From: Guillardia theta CCMP2712
Lineage: Eukaryota; Protista; Cryptophyta
Assembly: GCF_000315625.1 (NCBI RefSeq)
Contig: NW_005434560.1
Coordinates: forward strand, 1-32,371
Reading direction: 5' to 3'
Length of the DNA: 32,371 nt
A program made the position numbers and the translations under genes. A model generated the notes under the pieces. The model saw only the letters and a program-made list of their open reading frames with translations. It made no database searches and was not told the origin of the DNA. Below are positions 10,920 to 23,306 of the stretch, piece after piece; positions within the stretch are counted from its first letter, which is position 1, and the number at the start of each line of letters is the position of its first letter.

Positions 10920-13455
10920 GGCCGCCCGGAGAGATCGGGCCCCCGGCCAATCTCCGGACACTTAGCCTCCTGGCGGGCCTCCAGGGGGTCTGAGGCGGGG
11001 CTGAAAAAAAGTCTTGTCTCGGTCACGTGATGTGTCACGTGACCGGTCAGGTGAGCCTGTCAGCCGGGTCACGGACCCTGTCAGCCGGCTGACATGTCAC
11101 GGGCCTGCTGACACGGTCCGCTGACCGGTCACGGCCGCCCGGAGAGATCAGGCCCCCGGCCAATCTCCGGACACTTAGCCTCCTGGCGCCGCCGGGCCTC
11201 CAGGGGGTCTGAGGCGGGGCTGAAGGCTGCAGTCGGTCTACTGACGGGCCCGGCCGGCAGGATCCGTCGAGAAACAGGGGGGTCAAGGGAGGTTTTCTTC
11301 CCCCTGGGAGAAATGTCCTATGGGTTTTTGGATCTGCGATATAAAAAAGTCTTGTCTCGGTCACGTGATGTGTCACGTGACCGGTCAGGTGAGCCTGTCA
11401 GCCGGGTCACGGACCCTGTCAGCCGGCTGACATGTCACGGGCCTGCTGACACGGTCCGCTGACCGGTCACGGCCGCCCGGAGAGATCAGGCCCCCGGCCA
11501 ATCTCCGGACACTTAGCCTCCTGGCGGGCCTCCAGGGGGTCTGAGGCGGGGCTGAAGGCTGCAGTCGGTCTACTGACGGGCCCGGCCGGCAGGATCCGTC
11601 GAGAAACAGGGGGGTCAAGGGAGGTTTTCTTCCCCCTGGGAGAAATGTCCTATGGGTTTTTGGATCTGCGATATAAAAAAGTCTTGTCTCGGTCACGTGA
11701 TGTGTCACGTGACCGGTCAGGTGAGCCTGTCAGCCGGGTCACGGCCCCTGTCAGCCGGCTGACATGTCACGGGCCTGCTGACACGGTCCGCTGACCGGTC
11801 ACGGCCGCCCGGAGAGATCAGGCCCCCGGCCAACCTCCGGACACTTAGCCTCCTGGCGGGCCTCCAGGGGGTCTGAGGCGGGGCTGAAGGCTGCAGTCGG
11901 TCTACTGACGGGCCCGGCCGGCAGGATCCGTCGAGAAACAGGGGGGTCAAGGGAGGTTTTCTTCCCCCTGGGAGAAATGTCCTATGGGTTTTTGGATCTG
12001 CGATATAAAAAAGTCTTGTCTCGGTCACGTGATGTGTCACGTGACCGGTCAGGTGAGCCTGTCAGCCGGGTCACGGCCCCTGTCAGCCGGCTGACATGTC
12101 ACGGGCCTGCTGACACGGTCCGCTGACCGGTCACGGCCGCCCGGAGAGATCAGGCCCCCGGCCAATCTCCGGACACTTAGCCTCCTGGCGGGCCTCCAGG
12201 GGGTCTGAGGCGGGGCTGAAGGCTGCAGTCGGTCTACTGACGGGCCCGGCCGGCAGGATCCGTCGAGAAACAGGGGGGTCAAGGGTAGGTTTTTCCTTCC
12301 CCCGTGGGAAGAAATGTCCTATTGGGTTTTTGGATCTGCGATATAAAAAAGTCTTGTCTCGGTCACGTGATGTGTCACGTGACCGGTCAGGTGAGCCTGT
12401 CAGCCGGGTCACGGACCCTGTCAGCCGGCTGACATGTCACGGGCCTGCTGACACGGTCCGCTGACCGGTCACGGCCGCCCGGAGAGATCAGGCCCCCGGC
12501 CAACCTCCGGACACTTAGCCTCCTGGCGGGCCTCCAGGGGGTCTGAGGCGGGGCTGAAGGCTGCAGTCGGTCTACTGACGGGCCCGGCCGGCAGGATCCG
12601 TCGAGAAACAGGGGGGTCAAGGGAGGTTTTCTTCCCCCTGGGAGAAATGTCCTATGGGTTTTTGGATCTGCGATATAAAAAAGTCTTGTCTCGGTCACGT
12701 GATGTGTCACGTGACCGGTCAGGTGAGCCTGTCAGCCGGGTCACGGACCCTGTCAGCCGGCTGACATGTCACGGGCCTGCTGACACGGTCCGCTGACCGG
12801 TCACGGCCGCCCGGAGAGATCAGGCCCCCGGCCAACCTCCGGACACTTAGCCTCCTGGCGGGCCTCCAGGGGGTCTGAGGCGGGGCTGAAGGCTGCAGTC
12901 GGTCTACTGACGGGCCCGGCCGGCAGGATCCGTCGAGAAACAGGGGGGTCAAGGGAGGTTTTCTTCCCCTGGGAGAAAATTTTGGGATCTGCGATATAAA
13001 AAAGTCTTGTCTCGGTCACGTGATGTGTCACGTGACCGGTCAGGTGAGCCTGTCAGCCGGGTCACGGACCCTGTCAGCCGGCTGACATGTCACGGGCCTG
13101 CTGACACGGTCCGCTGACCGGTCACGGCCGCCGCCGGAGAGATCAGGCCCCCGGCCAATCTCCGGACACTTAGCCTCCTGGCGGGCCTCCAGGGGGTCTG
13201 AGGCGGGGCTGAAGGCTGCAGTCGGTCTACTGACGGGCCCGGCCGGCAGGATCCGTCGAGAAACAGGGGGGTCAAGGGAGGTTTTCTTCCCCCTGGGAGA
13301 AAATTTTTGGGATCTGCGATATAAAAAAGTCTTGTCTCGGTCACGTGATGTGTCACGTGACCGGTCAGGTGAGCCTGTCAGCCGGGTCACGGACCCTGTC
13401 AGCCGGCTGACATGTCACGGGCCTGCTGACACGGTCCGCTGACCGGTCACGGCCG
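10920..13455. repeat. 332-bp satellite, array 3 (~7.5 units)
   Basis: 332-bp period (11385, 11717, 12049). Small insertions at ~11188 and ~13130; short-variant units at ~12970 and ~13300. Confidence 0.97.
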
Positions 13456-13560
13456 CATGGCACACGCCGCCTGGCACACCCACAAACCCATCGATGCAGT
13501 AGCAATCCGTGATGGCCTTCGCCCCAACGTACAGTGACGTGGAATTGCCGGGCCTACATA

Positions 13561-13685
13561 CCGGCTGACAGGGGCCGTGACCCGGCTGACAGGCTCACCT
13601 GACCGGTCACGTGACACATCACGTGACCGAGACAAGACTTTTTTATATCGCAGATCCAAAAACCCATAGGACATTTCTCCCAGGG
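13561..13685 (-). repeat. Inverted fragment of the 332-bp satellite
   Basis: CCGGCTGACAGGGGCCGTGACCCGG...CATTTCTCCCAGGG is the reverse complement of part of the unit. Confidence 0.95.
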
Positions 13686-13971
13686 TTAGTTTTTTTTTTT
13701 TTTGGCGATCAGCGGGTGAAGCGGGACTTTGCGGCGTAGCAGAGACCCATGCAGCGCCTATCGCCTGCAATACACGCGCGGGGACTTTGCGACGTAGCAG
13801 AGACCCAACGAGGACAACATTGCATGGAGTATGTCTGGTTCATGTGCAACCAGTACCTTGTGACCGAGAGGGAAACGATTAACAAGGTGCATGGTATGTA
13901 GATATTCATGGACATCTTCCCAAACATCGCCGACGGCTTCAGGCAGGAGAACCTGCAGTCTTGCGAGTGGG

Positions 13972-14006
13972 GTGGTATGTGTGGATTTAAGAAAAGCAAC
14001 GCTATG
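13972..14006. mobile_element. Orphan terminus of the CATAGCGTTG family
   Basis: GAAAAGCAACGCTATG (13991-14006) is preceded by GTGGTATGTGTGGATTT, which matches the subterminal GTGGTATGCGTGGATTT of copy A (~7808). Confidence 0.7.
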
Positions 14007-14341
14007 AGCCAAGCCTTGCATGATGGGATACTTCCAGTTTCGCTTGCTCGTTTAAGCAGAAACTAGTTGACAATCGGCCTTTACCGTACTGCAGCCTGAG
14101 AACCTCTCCCTGCAGCCTTAGCGCCATGTCCGAAGATGCAATGGGAGGGTATCCGGGGTTATGTTGCCAGTGCGGAGGCGGGCAACAATAAGTGCATGCT
14201 TCTATTAGACTAATTCGGTGCGCAACGGGCTAGGCTCGATTGCAGAAACTTTTTGGCGTGTTCAAAATCATGAGTTTATTCTGTGCAACCTTAAACGTCA
14301 ATGAACGGCACATTTTGCGTGAACGTATTGATGAACATCAT

Positions 14342-16007
<1,666 letters not shown>

Positions 16008-16412
16008 GTTGGATCTCCAAGCCCCCTTCCCTTTTTATAGGGGCGTAGGATTAACGTTGTGGAACCGTGGTGTATATTTACACTTGTAAGACCAAAACAG
16101 GAGATTACAGTTCTTTATTGTCGGTTTTTCCATTTACTATAGAAGTAACATAAAAATTGTTCGGAAATGGACCCCACCCCTCCAAATCTATCATTTAGTA
16201 CCCACCCCTGCACGTCGAACCCCCATCCCCACCCTCCGCTTTGTGTGGCCACCCGCCTCAGAGTGTCCAACACTTAGCCAAATTTTCACAGTTCGAGTCA
16301 ACACACAACTTGAACGCATCGTTGCATCTTTACGTCACCCGCGGTTCGAGGTTCCATACCATTTATGTAAGATCTAAACTTCAATTCCACAGCCACTCCA
16401 GTTCATCAAGGT

Positions 16413-16954
16413 CTAGAAGGTGCACTTGATTCGCAGTTTGCGAACATAACTTGTCCATTTTAGCTGTCCACTTCGATTCGTCGAACTGCTACTGGCAGCT
16501 CCAATGTCGATCCAATTCAGGTATTGATGGGCATACTTCATGAAGAATTCATTCGTTTCTCGGACTGAAGGATTCCCCCGCTCTATACAAACCAGTTGGT
16601 CCATTTCCCTCCTTCTCGCTTCATTGTCCTGTTCGCTGTCCCTGATCACCTTCCTTATGAATTGATGAAATTGCCTCATGAAAAACTTCATATCTGTCAA
16701 TCGTTTATCTTGGCTCTTCTGTGTCAAATCTTTTCCCCTCATACGTTTCAGCGGTGGAAGTCCTTTTAAATTGTTGCCACAATGCCAAATGCTCCAGGCT
16801 GCCTCTGTTACTCCTGCCCGGTCGTCCGATACTCGTATATCTTCCGGAAGAAGCCTCTGACCTTGGCACTGCTGTACTTCTGGCTGCTGCTGTGAATGAA
16901 GTGGCTCCTGACATACTTCCTCTTGCCGTTGTTGCACTTGCTGTGGTTGCACTA

Positions 16955-17043
<89 letters not shown>

Positions 17044-19525
17044 AGGTGCTGGAGCAATTCAAGTTGTTGCTGCTGCAAATTCTCTATCATCCGTTTCTGC
17101 ATGTCCCAACCTTCCTGTAGCTTTGCAACTACTTCTCGTAGTTGCATTTGCACCGTGAAGTTCTCGTGGCCATGATTTTGTTGCATAGATACTTCAAGCT
17201 GTTGTAGCAATAGCAGGCGATTTTCCTCATTCTTTCCCTGAGACTGTTTAAAATAGTTGACAATCTCCTTGAATTGCACCTCCATCTTTTGCATCATGCT
17301 GTCTTGCTTCAGTCTCAGCTGTTCATTGGCTGCCACCAGCTGTTCATTGGCTGCCACCAGCTGTTCATTGCCTGCCACCACTTGATCAAGCTTCTCTTGC
17401 AAAAGTTGTGTCTTCATCATCCACTGCTTTTCGTGAACCAGTGATGTGACATGAGGCGGACATCCAGTACTACGATAAATGGGAACCTGCACAGTGCACA
17501 TCATGTTCTCGGAACTTTCATTCATCTCTGTGGGTACGTCTGTAGGAAGCAGAACTAAAACTTGCTCTTTCAGCTGTTCATAAATTCCAGTATCCCGAAA
17601 CAATGCGCAGCTCCATAATGGATGACTGGGGTCCAACTCCTTTCTCAAGTAATCGAAATGATACACAATGCTTGCTAAGCAATGTATCAGAATCCCATTC
17701 ATATTCCCTGGCAATGTAGGAAAACATAACTGAATCGTACTCTGTACTAATTCATCATTTCCCTTCTTGAACTGTGGAGGTAATGACGCAAACATCGCCG
17801 AATGAATGGGTAATCCACAGGCCGTACGACCAACAAACAGATCTGATGCAGCCTCGTACTTGAAGTAAGTCTTGGGAATTGTTCCGTTGTTCCAACTGGC
17901 TCGGTCAGAAACCGCGGTAACTGATGGACAGTGAGTAGAACCACTTGTACAATACGTCGCTGCACCCTACACGTAGGGTTCAAACAATCTTCACATCATC
18001 AATCATTATCTCACCTTTCGAATGGAGTGGGTGCCTAAATCCTCCTTGTTCATCCCAAGTCTTTGCAGCTCCTGACAGACAGCTTTCCGAATGGCTCGGT
18101 AATCATACGGAGCATCCTGTGCGCTAGAAGATTCATCACACTCACCCCGTTCGGGCAGTGTCATGACTTTCTGCAGACAATTGACAAAACGATGGTATTG
18201 ACTGCCACCTATCATGCCCAAAAAATGCATCAGTATCAACCACATTTCATGCCAAGTACACCTGGAAACAACTTCCTGGTGTCTGGAGAATGACTCATTA
18301 GGTACACACCCATAGCAAGAATGGGGCAAATTGCAGGACAGATCGGATTGGCATATATTGATTTCGGCTCGTTCCGTTCTCCAACTTGATCTGTCTTGCT
18401 ATGAGGAAAACATATCCACATGTGATCGTCTTTCCATCCCATGTGTTGAAACAGAATCTCAGCCGTATTGAAAGATCTGCAGATCAGATTCCAACTTAGT
18501 ATCAGGAAGGTACGACCAACTATTAAATCCATCTTCTTACATTTCAGCAACTCTCCACCCATTATGACATACAAACTAAAGGGTAATGGATCCTTGCCAG
18601 ATGACAATTTCGTTCCACTCACGGCTCTCTCATCTGCGATGGTGTTCTGAAGACCTTTATAGAAATCGGCTATCTGAACGTCGAACTTTCTCCTGTACGT
18701 TTTGGTCTTGTGGTGCCTTCTATAGAAATGCCTAACACCTGATCTCAAAGCTACGTATGACGAAAATTTCAACTTTTTCTTCATCATGACATTTACCACA
18801 TAGCTGGTCCATTGCTTGTATGAGAACCTTCTCGTGTTGAATGGTAACAATTCTCTTCTCTTCAACAATTCTTTGATCTTCTTGGTAATTGGACCACGAT
18901 TTCTGGGTTCGTTGTCTAAACAACTCTTGAATTCGTGATTCAAACAAAATGGTTTGGTTTCATACAACCATGCAATCAGCTGACTTACAGAACTCAAGTA
19001 ACATGCCTTCGAATTGTCCGAGAGCATCCTGTCTTTGACAGACTCGATTCTTTCTCTTGTTTCTTGTTCGTCCTCGCCTTCCATTTCCTCCACTTCCTCG
19101 TTATCGTCCTCGTCGTCGTCTTCTTCTTCGTCTTCGTCTTCGTCCGAGGCTTCGTCTCCGCCTACCTCTCTCTCTGCAACTCCGTCTGCGTCGTGATCGT
19201 TCTCCTTGTTGCATACCCGTCTAGTTCTGTTAGTCCCTGAAACGTATTCCACAATTGATTCCGCGATTTGTTCTTCAGAGATGGAAGGAACAACTTTTGG
19301 GGTTTGCTGCTGCGCTGAAGTTTTTGGTCCCTTTGTTCCTTTTGGGTTGCGAGTCGAGCAACCACAATCACTCCACTCTTCACTCCATTCACTAGCACAA
19401 AGATGATGAAACATGTTTGAGCAGACAGTACATTGATACAGTTGAGCTGCGTCGTCCCTAACCTTGCATCGTGAACCGAACAAGCATTTCTGACGGCTAC
19501 CTTGTGATCCAGCGGCTGTGGCCAT
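16413..19525 (-). CDS. Crypton-type tyrosine recombinase (~1003 aa, 3 exons) with an N-terminal PHD-like Zn finger, acidic tract, polyQ and a C-terminal GCR1_C-like region
   Basis: Exons 19525-18262, 18208-18015 and 17966-16413 joined by 53- and 48-nt GT-AG introns give one open frame. Catalytic set: R (WNLICRS), K (HSKTDQ), HxxR (LGTHSIRKGAAT), W (DRASW), Y (KTYFKYE). The GKDPLPF and IYANP..P.ICP motifs resemble oomycete/diatom CryptonS recombinases. Confidence 0.9.
16956..17042 (-). repeat. (CAG)29 microsatellite encoding polyglutamine in the recombinase
   Basis: Uninterrupted CTG run of 87 bp on the + strand. Confidence 0.97.
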
Positions 19526-21162
19526 GCTGAGCGATTTGCGCGGTTGCAGGCATGAAAGGGGGGGTGGGGGGTGGAGGGGGCCGGGGGCTGCAATAAACTA
19601 CTACGCAGGAGGCTCAGGATTTAGGGGGTAGGAGCAATTAGAGGTCCAGAGTTGAGTGAAAAAAAATCTCTAATTGAAATTTCCTGTTTTGGTCATGATG
19701 TTTTTCAATAAATTTTTACAAATAAGACATCCCCTCTGTCAACCCGTAAAAGTAGGGGTACTCAGATTCCGCACCCCTAAAATAGTTTTAATAAAGTTTG
19801 GGATTTCAGGAAATCCGTCGGACAGGGATTTGAACTAGGAAAAATCCTGAAAACGCTAGCTAATTAGAGGTGTAAGATGTAGTCCGGACAAGTGTCTGAC
19901 AGATGCCGGACACGAGCATAAGGTCTTGTCCGGCAGGGAGGGCAAAGTTGAGTAAATATTTTGTCCTGCATCTTCAATGAATGCCAAATAATACCTTTGG
20001 AAAGCAGGGCATGATTTTACTAGGGTACTTGAAGTGTTTAGTAGGGGTAGCACAAAAATTATGCTACTTATAAAAGTTCTTATATAACACATGCCGGACA
20101 AACCAATTTCCTGAACCCTGTTGGAATAATACTACTAGGTTTTTTACTCGATGCTGGAATTTCATGAGGGGATGAAACGGTATGTGCATAGCGTTGCTTT
20201 TCCGGCCGGGCGCTCATAGGAAAAATTGGCAATATTTTTTTTTTTTCGAAGGACCTGAGGGGTCCCTTCATTCCATGCCAATTGGGAGTACCCTCCTTTG
20301 AGAAGTCATGTGGGAGGGTAGTCGCTCTCATGAAAATCGTTGCTGTGCAGGGCCAAAGAGGGGTAGGGTGATTTGAATTTGGTGGCGTGGACACCTCACC
20401 ACGCCAAACCAATGTAAAAGTACGCATTTTAGGAGTATCTGTGGTACCAACTTAAAATTGCAGCTCTTACATGGTACAAAATGAGGGCCAAACTGGTCGG
20501 AACTTCGACTTCCGAGAACCCCTCCATTTGACTGTTGTTGGGGGGTGGGGTAGGCATGGAGCACCCTCAACCACCCACCTTTGAAAGAATTTGAAACTGC
20601 GTAATAGGGGGTGGGGGGTAGCCCCCTTTTCTCATTCCCCAAGCCCCCTCTCCCTGGACGAGCAAGAGGCGATGAAATGGTGCCTTCCTGACTCGCGAGG
20701 ATGAACCTTGATATTGAGAGACTTCGAATCCAACCCAACTGAGATAGGAATGAGATGAAGATCTCATATCACATCTGTAAGAGATGATCGAGCTTCTTTC
20801 TCAACTCTGCAGGTTGGGCCAAGGTTTGAATCATCCAGCGTGTAATGTAATATGTGCCCTTGGTTCATACAATCCGCGAGTGTACTTGCAAATATGCTTC
20901 GAAGACATGATGACATTTTTATGAACAAGTAAGGAACTAATAATGGATACACCATTGAACAGAATCAACTCTGATTGACCCTTCTTTCAAATTGCAGTGC
21001 GTTGCACGTTGCGCTCAAATGCATGATTTGTGAGAAATTTGTATTCAACTGTACCTTGAGCGACTTTTCTGTCTAACAATATGTTCTCATGTCATCGCTC
21101 ACTTTCAATTCTTCTAGTCTTACGGTCAGGATTCATGCACTTCACTTTTCTACAGAGGACAG

Positions 21163-21333
21163 TGTTGTATTCTGGACTCATACCGGACGCCCCTTGGACG
21201 TAGCGTAGGGAAATAGGATGACGATGCAGATTCCTGCAGTGGTGCTGCTGATCTGATGAGCGTGTGTGCTTAATAAACAGAGATCCTAAGATCATCTGAA
21301 CTCAACGTCTTACGCAAGGTTGTGTATACAACA
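21163..21333 (+). repeat. 5' LTR (171 bp)
   Basis: TG...CA ends with an 8-bp inverted repeat and an internal AATAAA; identical by eye to 27185-27355. Confidence 0.97.
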
Positions 21334-21335
21334 TA

Positions 21336-21344
21336 TGGTAGCGA
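21336..21344 (+). promoter_or_regulatory. Primer-binding site (TGGTAGCGA), probably for initiator tRNA-Met
   Basis: TGG (complement of tRNA CCA) starts 2 nt after the 5' LTR. TGGTAGC matches the iMet-type PBS start. The tRNA identity was not verified. Confidence 0.65.
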
Positions 21345-21383
21345 ATTGGTTCACATTCCAGCACTGATTCAGAATCTCAAAGG

Positions 21384-23306
21384 ATGATTTCAGCAAAGAA
21401 AGCAAGCAAACTATCAGTATTGAAAGTGAGAAAATCGCGTAAGGCTCAGACCAGTGAACGAAGGATTCCGACATCTACGGAACAAGTCTCTGATTCAACT
21501 TCGATCCATCCAAATATTGGAGCTCAACAATTTCAATTCCCCCGTCCTTTTTCCGCAACGAAAGATGATGATTCAATTATGCAAGATCGACCACAGCAGG
21601 ATTCCCATCCAGCTTCTGGTGCTCGCCCAGCTTCTGGTGCTCGCCCATTTTTTTTCACGCCAGTACCAGCCCCGTCTATCTTCGGACAGGAGTCTCCGGC
21701 ACCGCATGCTTCCCGTCCTTCCGCTTTTGGTGCTTTTTCTCCGCGTACCCCTGCCGCAGAGCCCATCCCTGCGATGTCTTCGGGTCGGAATGCCCCTGCC
21801 GCAGAGCCCATCCCTGCGATGTCTTCAGGTCGAAATTCTCCTGCCACCAACGACAAGGAACCATCTCTTCGTCAACTTTTTGCTTTACTCCTGCAACAGA
21901 ACGCAGATGCCCAGCAACGTCAAGAAGCACTTGAACGCAAGCTGGATCGTCAATTTGAGCAATCTCAGGAATTCAATGATCGTCTATTTGCTCAATCCTA
22001 CGAACTTCAAGACCGTCTGGTTTCCGCCCTTTCAACCTCTGTGGCAGCAATCCAGCGCTTGAAGCCCCTCCCAGCACCGTCTAGCGCGCAGCCGTCTCCG
22101 CGCATGGCGAGTTCTCCCTCCCCTCCCAGCCCTCGGCTGATGCAGACGCATGTCATCCCGGTTGAGTCAGACCCTTCGTCGATTCCCGAAGCTCCCCCTC
22201 CAGTTTCTCTCTTACCAGAGCGACTGATGACTCCGTTGCCAGGTATTCGTGCTTCTAACATGCAGCAGAATCCCTCTCGTGACGCGTGCATGTCGCTGAT
22301 TCCTCAGCCCACGCCCGTCCGTCCTTCTCAACCTTTCCCTGGTGACAAACTCCCGAAATTTCAGCCCCGAACGTCCATCACCCCCTTTATCGGTCAGGCT
22401 GATTCTCGAAGCATTCACAGCTGGCTCTCTCAGATGGGACGCGCTCTGTCTGTTCAACGGATTCCCGGCAACCTGTGGGTTTACTATACAACGACATTTC
22501 TTGATGACTCTGTTCTTCAACGCATGTCTCACGATCGTCCTCTTGACGAATGGTTTCTTCTTCCTTGGTCGGAATTCTGTCTTTTCATCACGCAGCAATT
22601 TCCTCCCGCGGCTCACATCGCCAAACTACAGCACCAAGTGACCAATCTCTGTCAAGGCGTCAACGAATCGATCACTGATTATACTCTTCGGACGCAACGT
22701 TATGTTGACGAACTTTTACTCTACAAATCTGAAACTGTCGTATTTCAAGAGCACAATCTTCTTCAGCAATTTGCCAACGGTTTTCTCGACCCGGAAGTTC
22801 GACTCGTTATGGTCCCCATAGCGCACATGCATCCTGCTACAGCTGCCACGATGTCGCTTCTCGCACAGAAAGCTTTCGCCTTCGTCAAACCGTCTTCTTT
22901 GGTTCCGGCTCCACAGCCCATTTGTGCCCTTCAACCCTCTCCGTCGACGCCAGGAGTTCAGCCCTCCCCAGCTCCCGCGCAGTCCTCCAGTTCTCCCCCA
23001 AATTATTTCTGCACGTACTGCAAACGTTCTGGACACACGTTGAAGTACTGCCGCAAGAAAAAGCAAGCTGATCGCAATGCTTCTTCCGCCGTGACACAGC
23101 CCTCCCATCCTCCAGCGAGTCAAGCCGCCATCGTCAATGCCATCACGGCTCTCCTTCAGAATGGTGCTCCAGCTCCTAACCCGGGCTCTCCCGGTCCCGT
23201 CACGCATTCCCCTGCAGTCGCCTCCGCTTCTGCTCCTCCTGGGACAGTCTCTTCGTCCTCATCAGCAAGAGCTCAGCCTCCTGCTGATCCCCCGCCTCAG
23301 GAATAG
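21384..23306 (+). CDS. gag: Gag polyprotein (Pro/Ser-rich N-terminus, capsid-like core, CCHC zinc knuckle)
   Basis: 640-aa ORF after the PBS. CTYCKRSGHTLKYC fits CX2CX4HX4C; LCQGVNESITDY is a major-homology-like motif. Confidence 0.93.
   Translation: MISAKKASKLSVLKVRKSRKAQTSERRIPTSTEQVSDSTSIHPNIGAQQFQFPRPFSATKDDDSIMQDRPQQDSHPASGARPASGARPFFFTPVPAPSIFGQESPAPHASRPSAFGAFSPRTPAAEPIPAMSSGRNAPAAEPIPAMSSGRNSPATNDKEPSLRQLFALLLQQNADAQQRQEALERKLDRQFEQSQEFNDRLFAQSYELQDRLVSALSTSVAAIQRLKPLPAPSSAQPSPRMASSPSPPSPRLMQTHVIPVESDPSSIPEAPPPVSLLPERLMTPLPGIRASNMQQNPSRDACMSLIPQPTPVRPSQPFPGDKLPKFQPRTSITPFIGQADSRSIHSWLSQMGRALSVQRIPGNLWVYYTTTFLDDSVLQRMSHDRPLDEWFLLPWSEFCLFITQQFPPAAHIAKLQHQVTNLCQGVNESITDYTLRTQRYVDELLLYKSETVVFQEHNLLQQFANGFLDPEVRLVMVPIAHMHPATAATMSLLAQKAFAFVKPSSLVPAPQPICALQPSPSTPGVQPSPAPAQSSSSPPNYFCTYCKRSGHTLKYCRKKKQADRNASSAVTQPSHPPASQAAIVNAITALLQNGAPAPNPGSPGPVTHSPAVASASAPPGTVSSSSSARAQPPADPPPQE

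Noticed and set aside
12281-12330. Divergent satellite unit with several single-base insertions
   Set aside because: Clustered 1-bp indels look like sequencing or consensus error rather than biology.
49-13390. Repeated ~107-aa ORFs (MTHHVTETRLFY...)
   Set aside because: By-products of a GC-rich satellite: non-ATG starts, broken by variant units, no recognisable domain.
1-13455. CRISPR- or integron-like array (repeats interrupted by unique DNA near a tyrosine recombinase)
   Set aside because: Units are contiguous 332-bp tandem copies without regular spacers. Inserts have their own TIRs and fall at different unit positions. No cas genes or attC-like pattern.
16721-17158. Poly-Ala and poly-Leu ORFs on the + strand
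   Set aside because: Antisense readings of the CAG repeat in the recombinase gene.
21253-21282. CTGATGAG in the LTR as a hammerhead ribozyme core
   Set aside because: No GAAA after the putative stem II; AATAAA there is better explained as a poly(A) signal.
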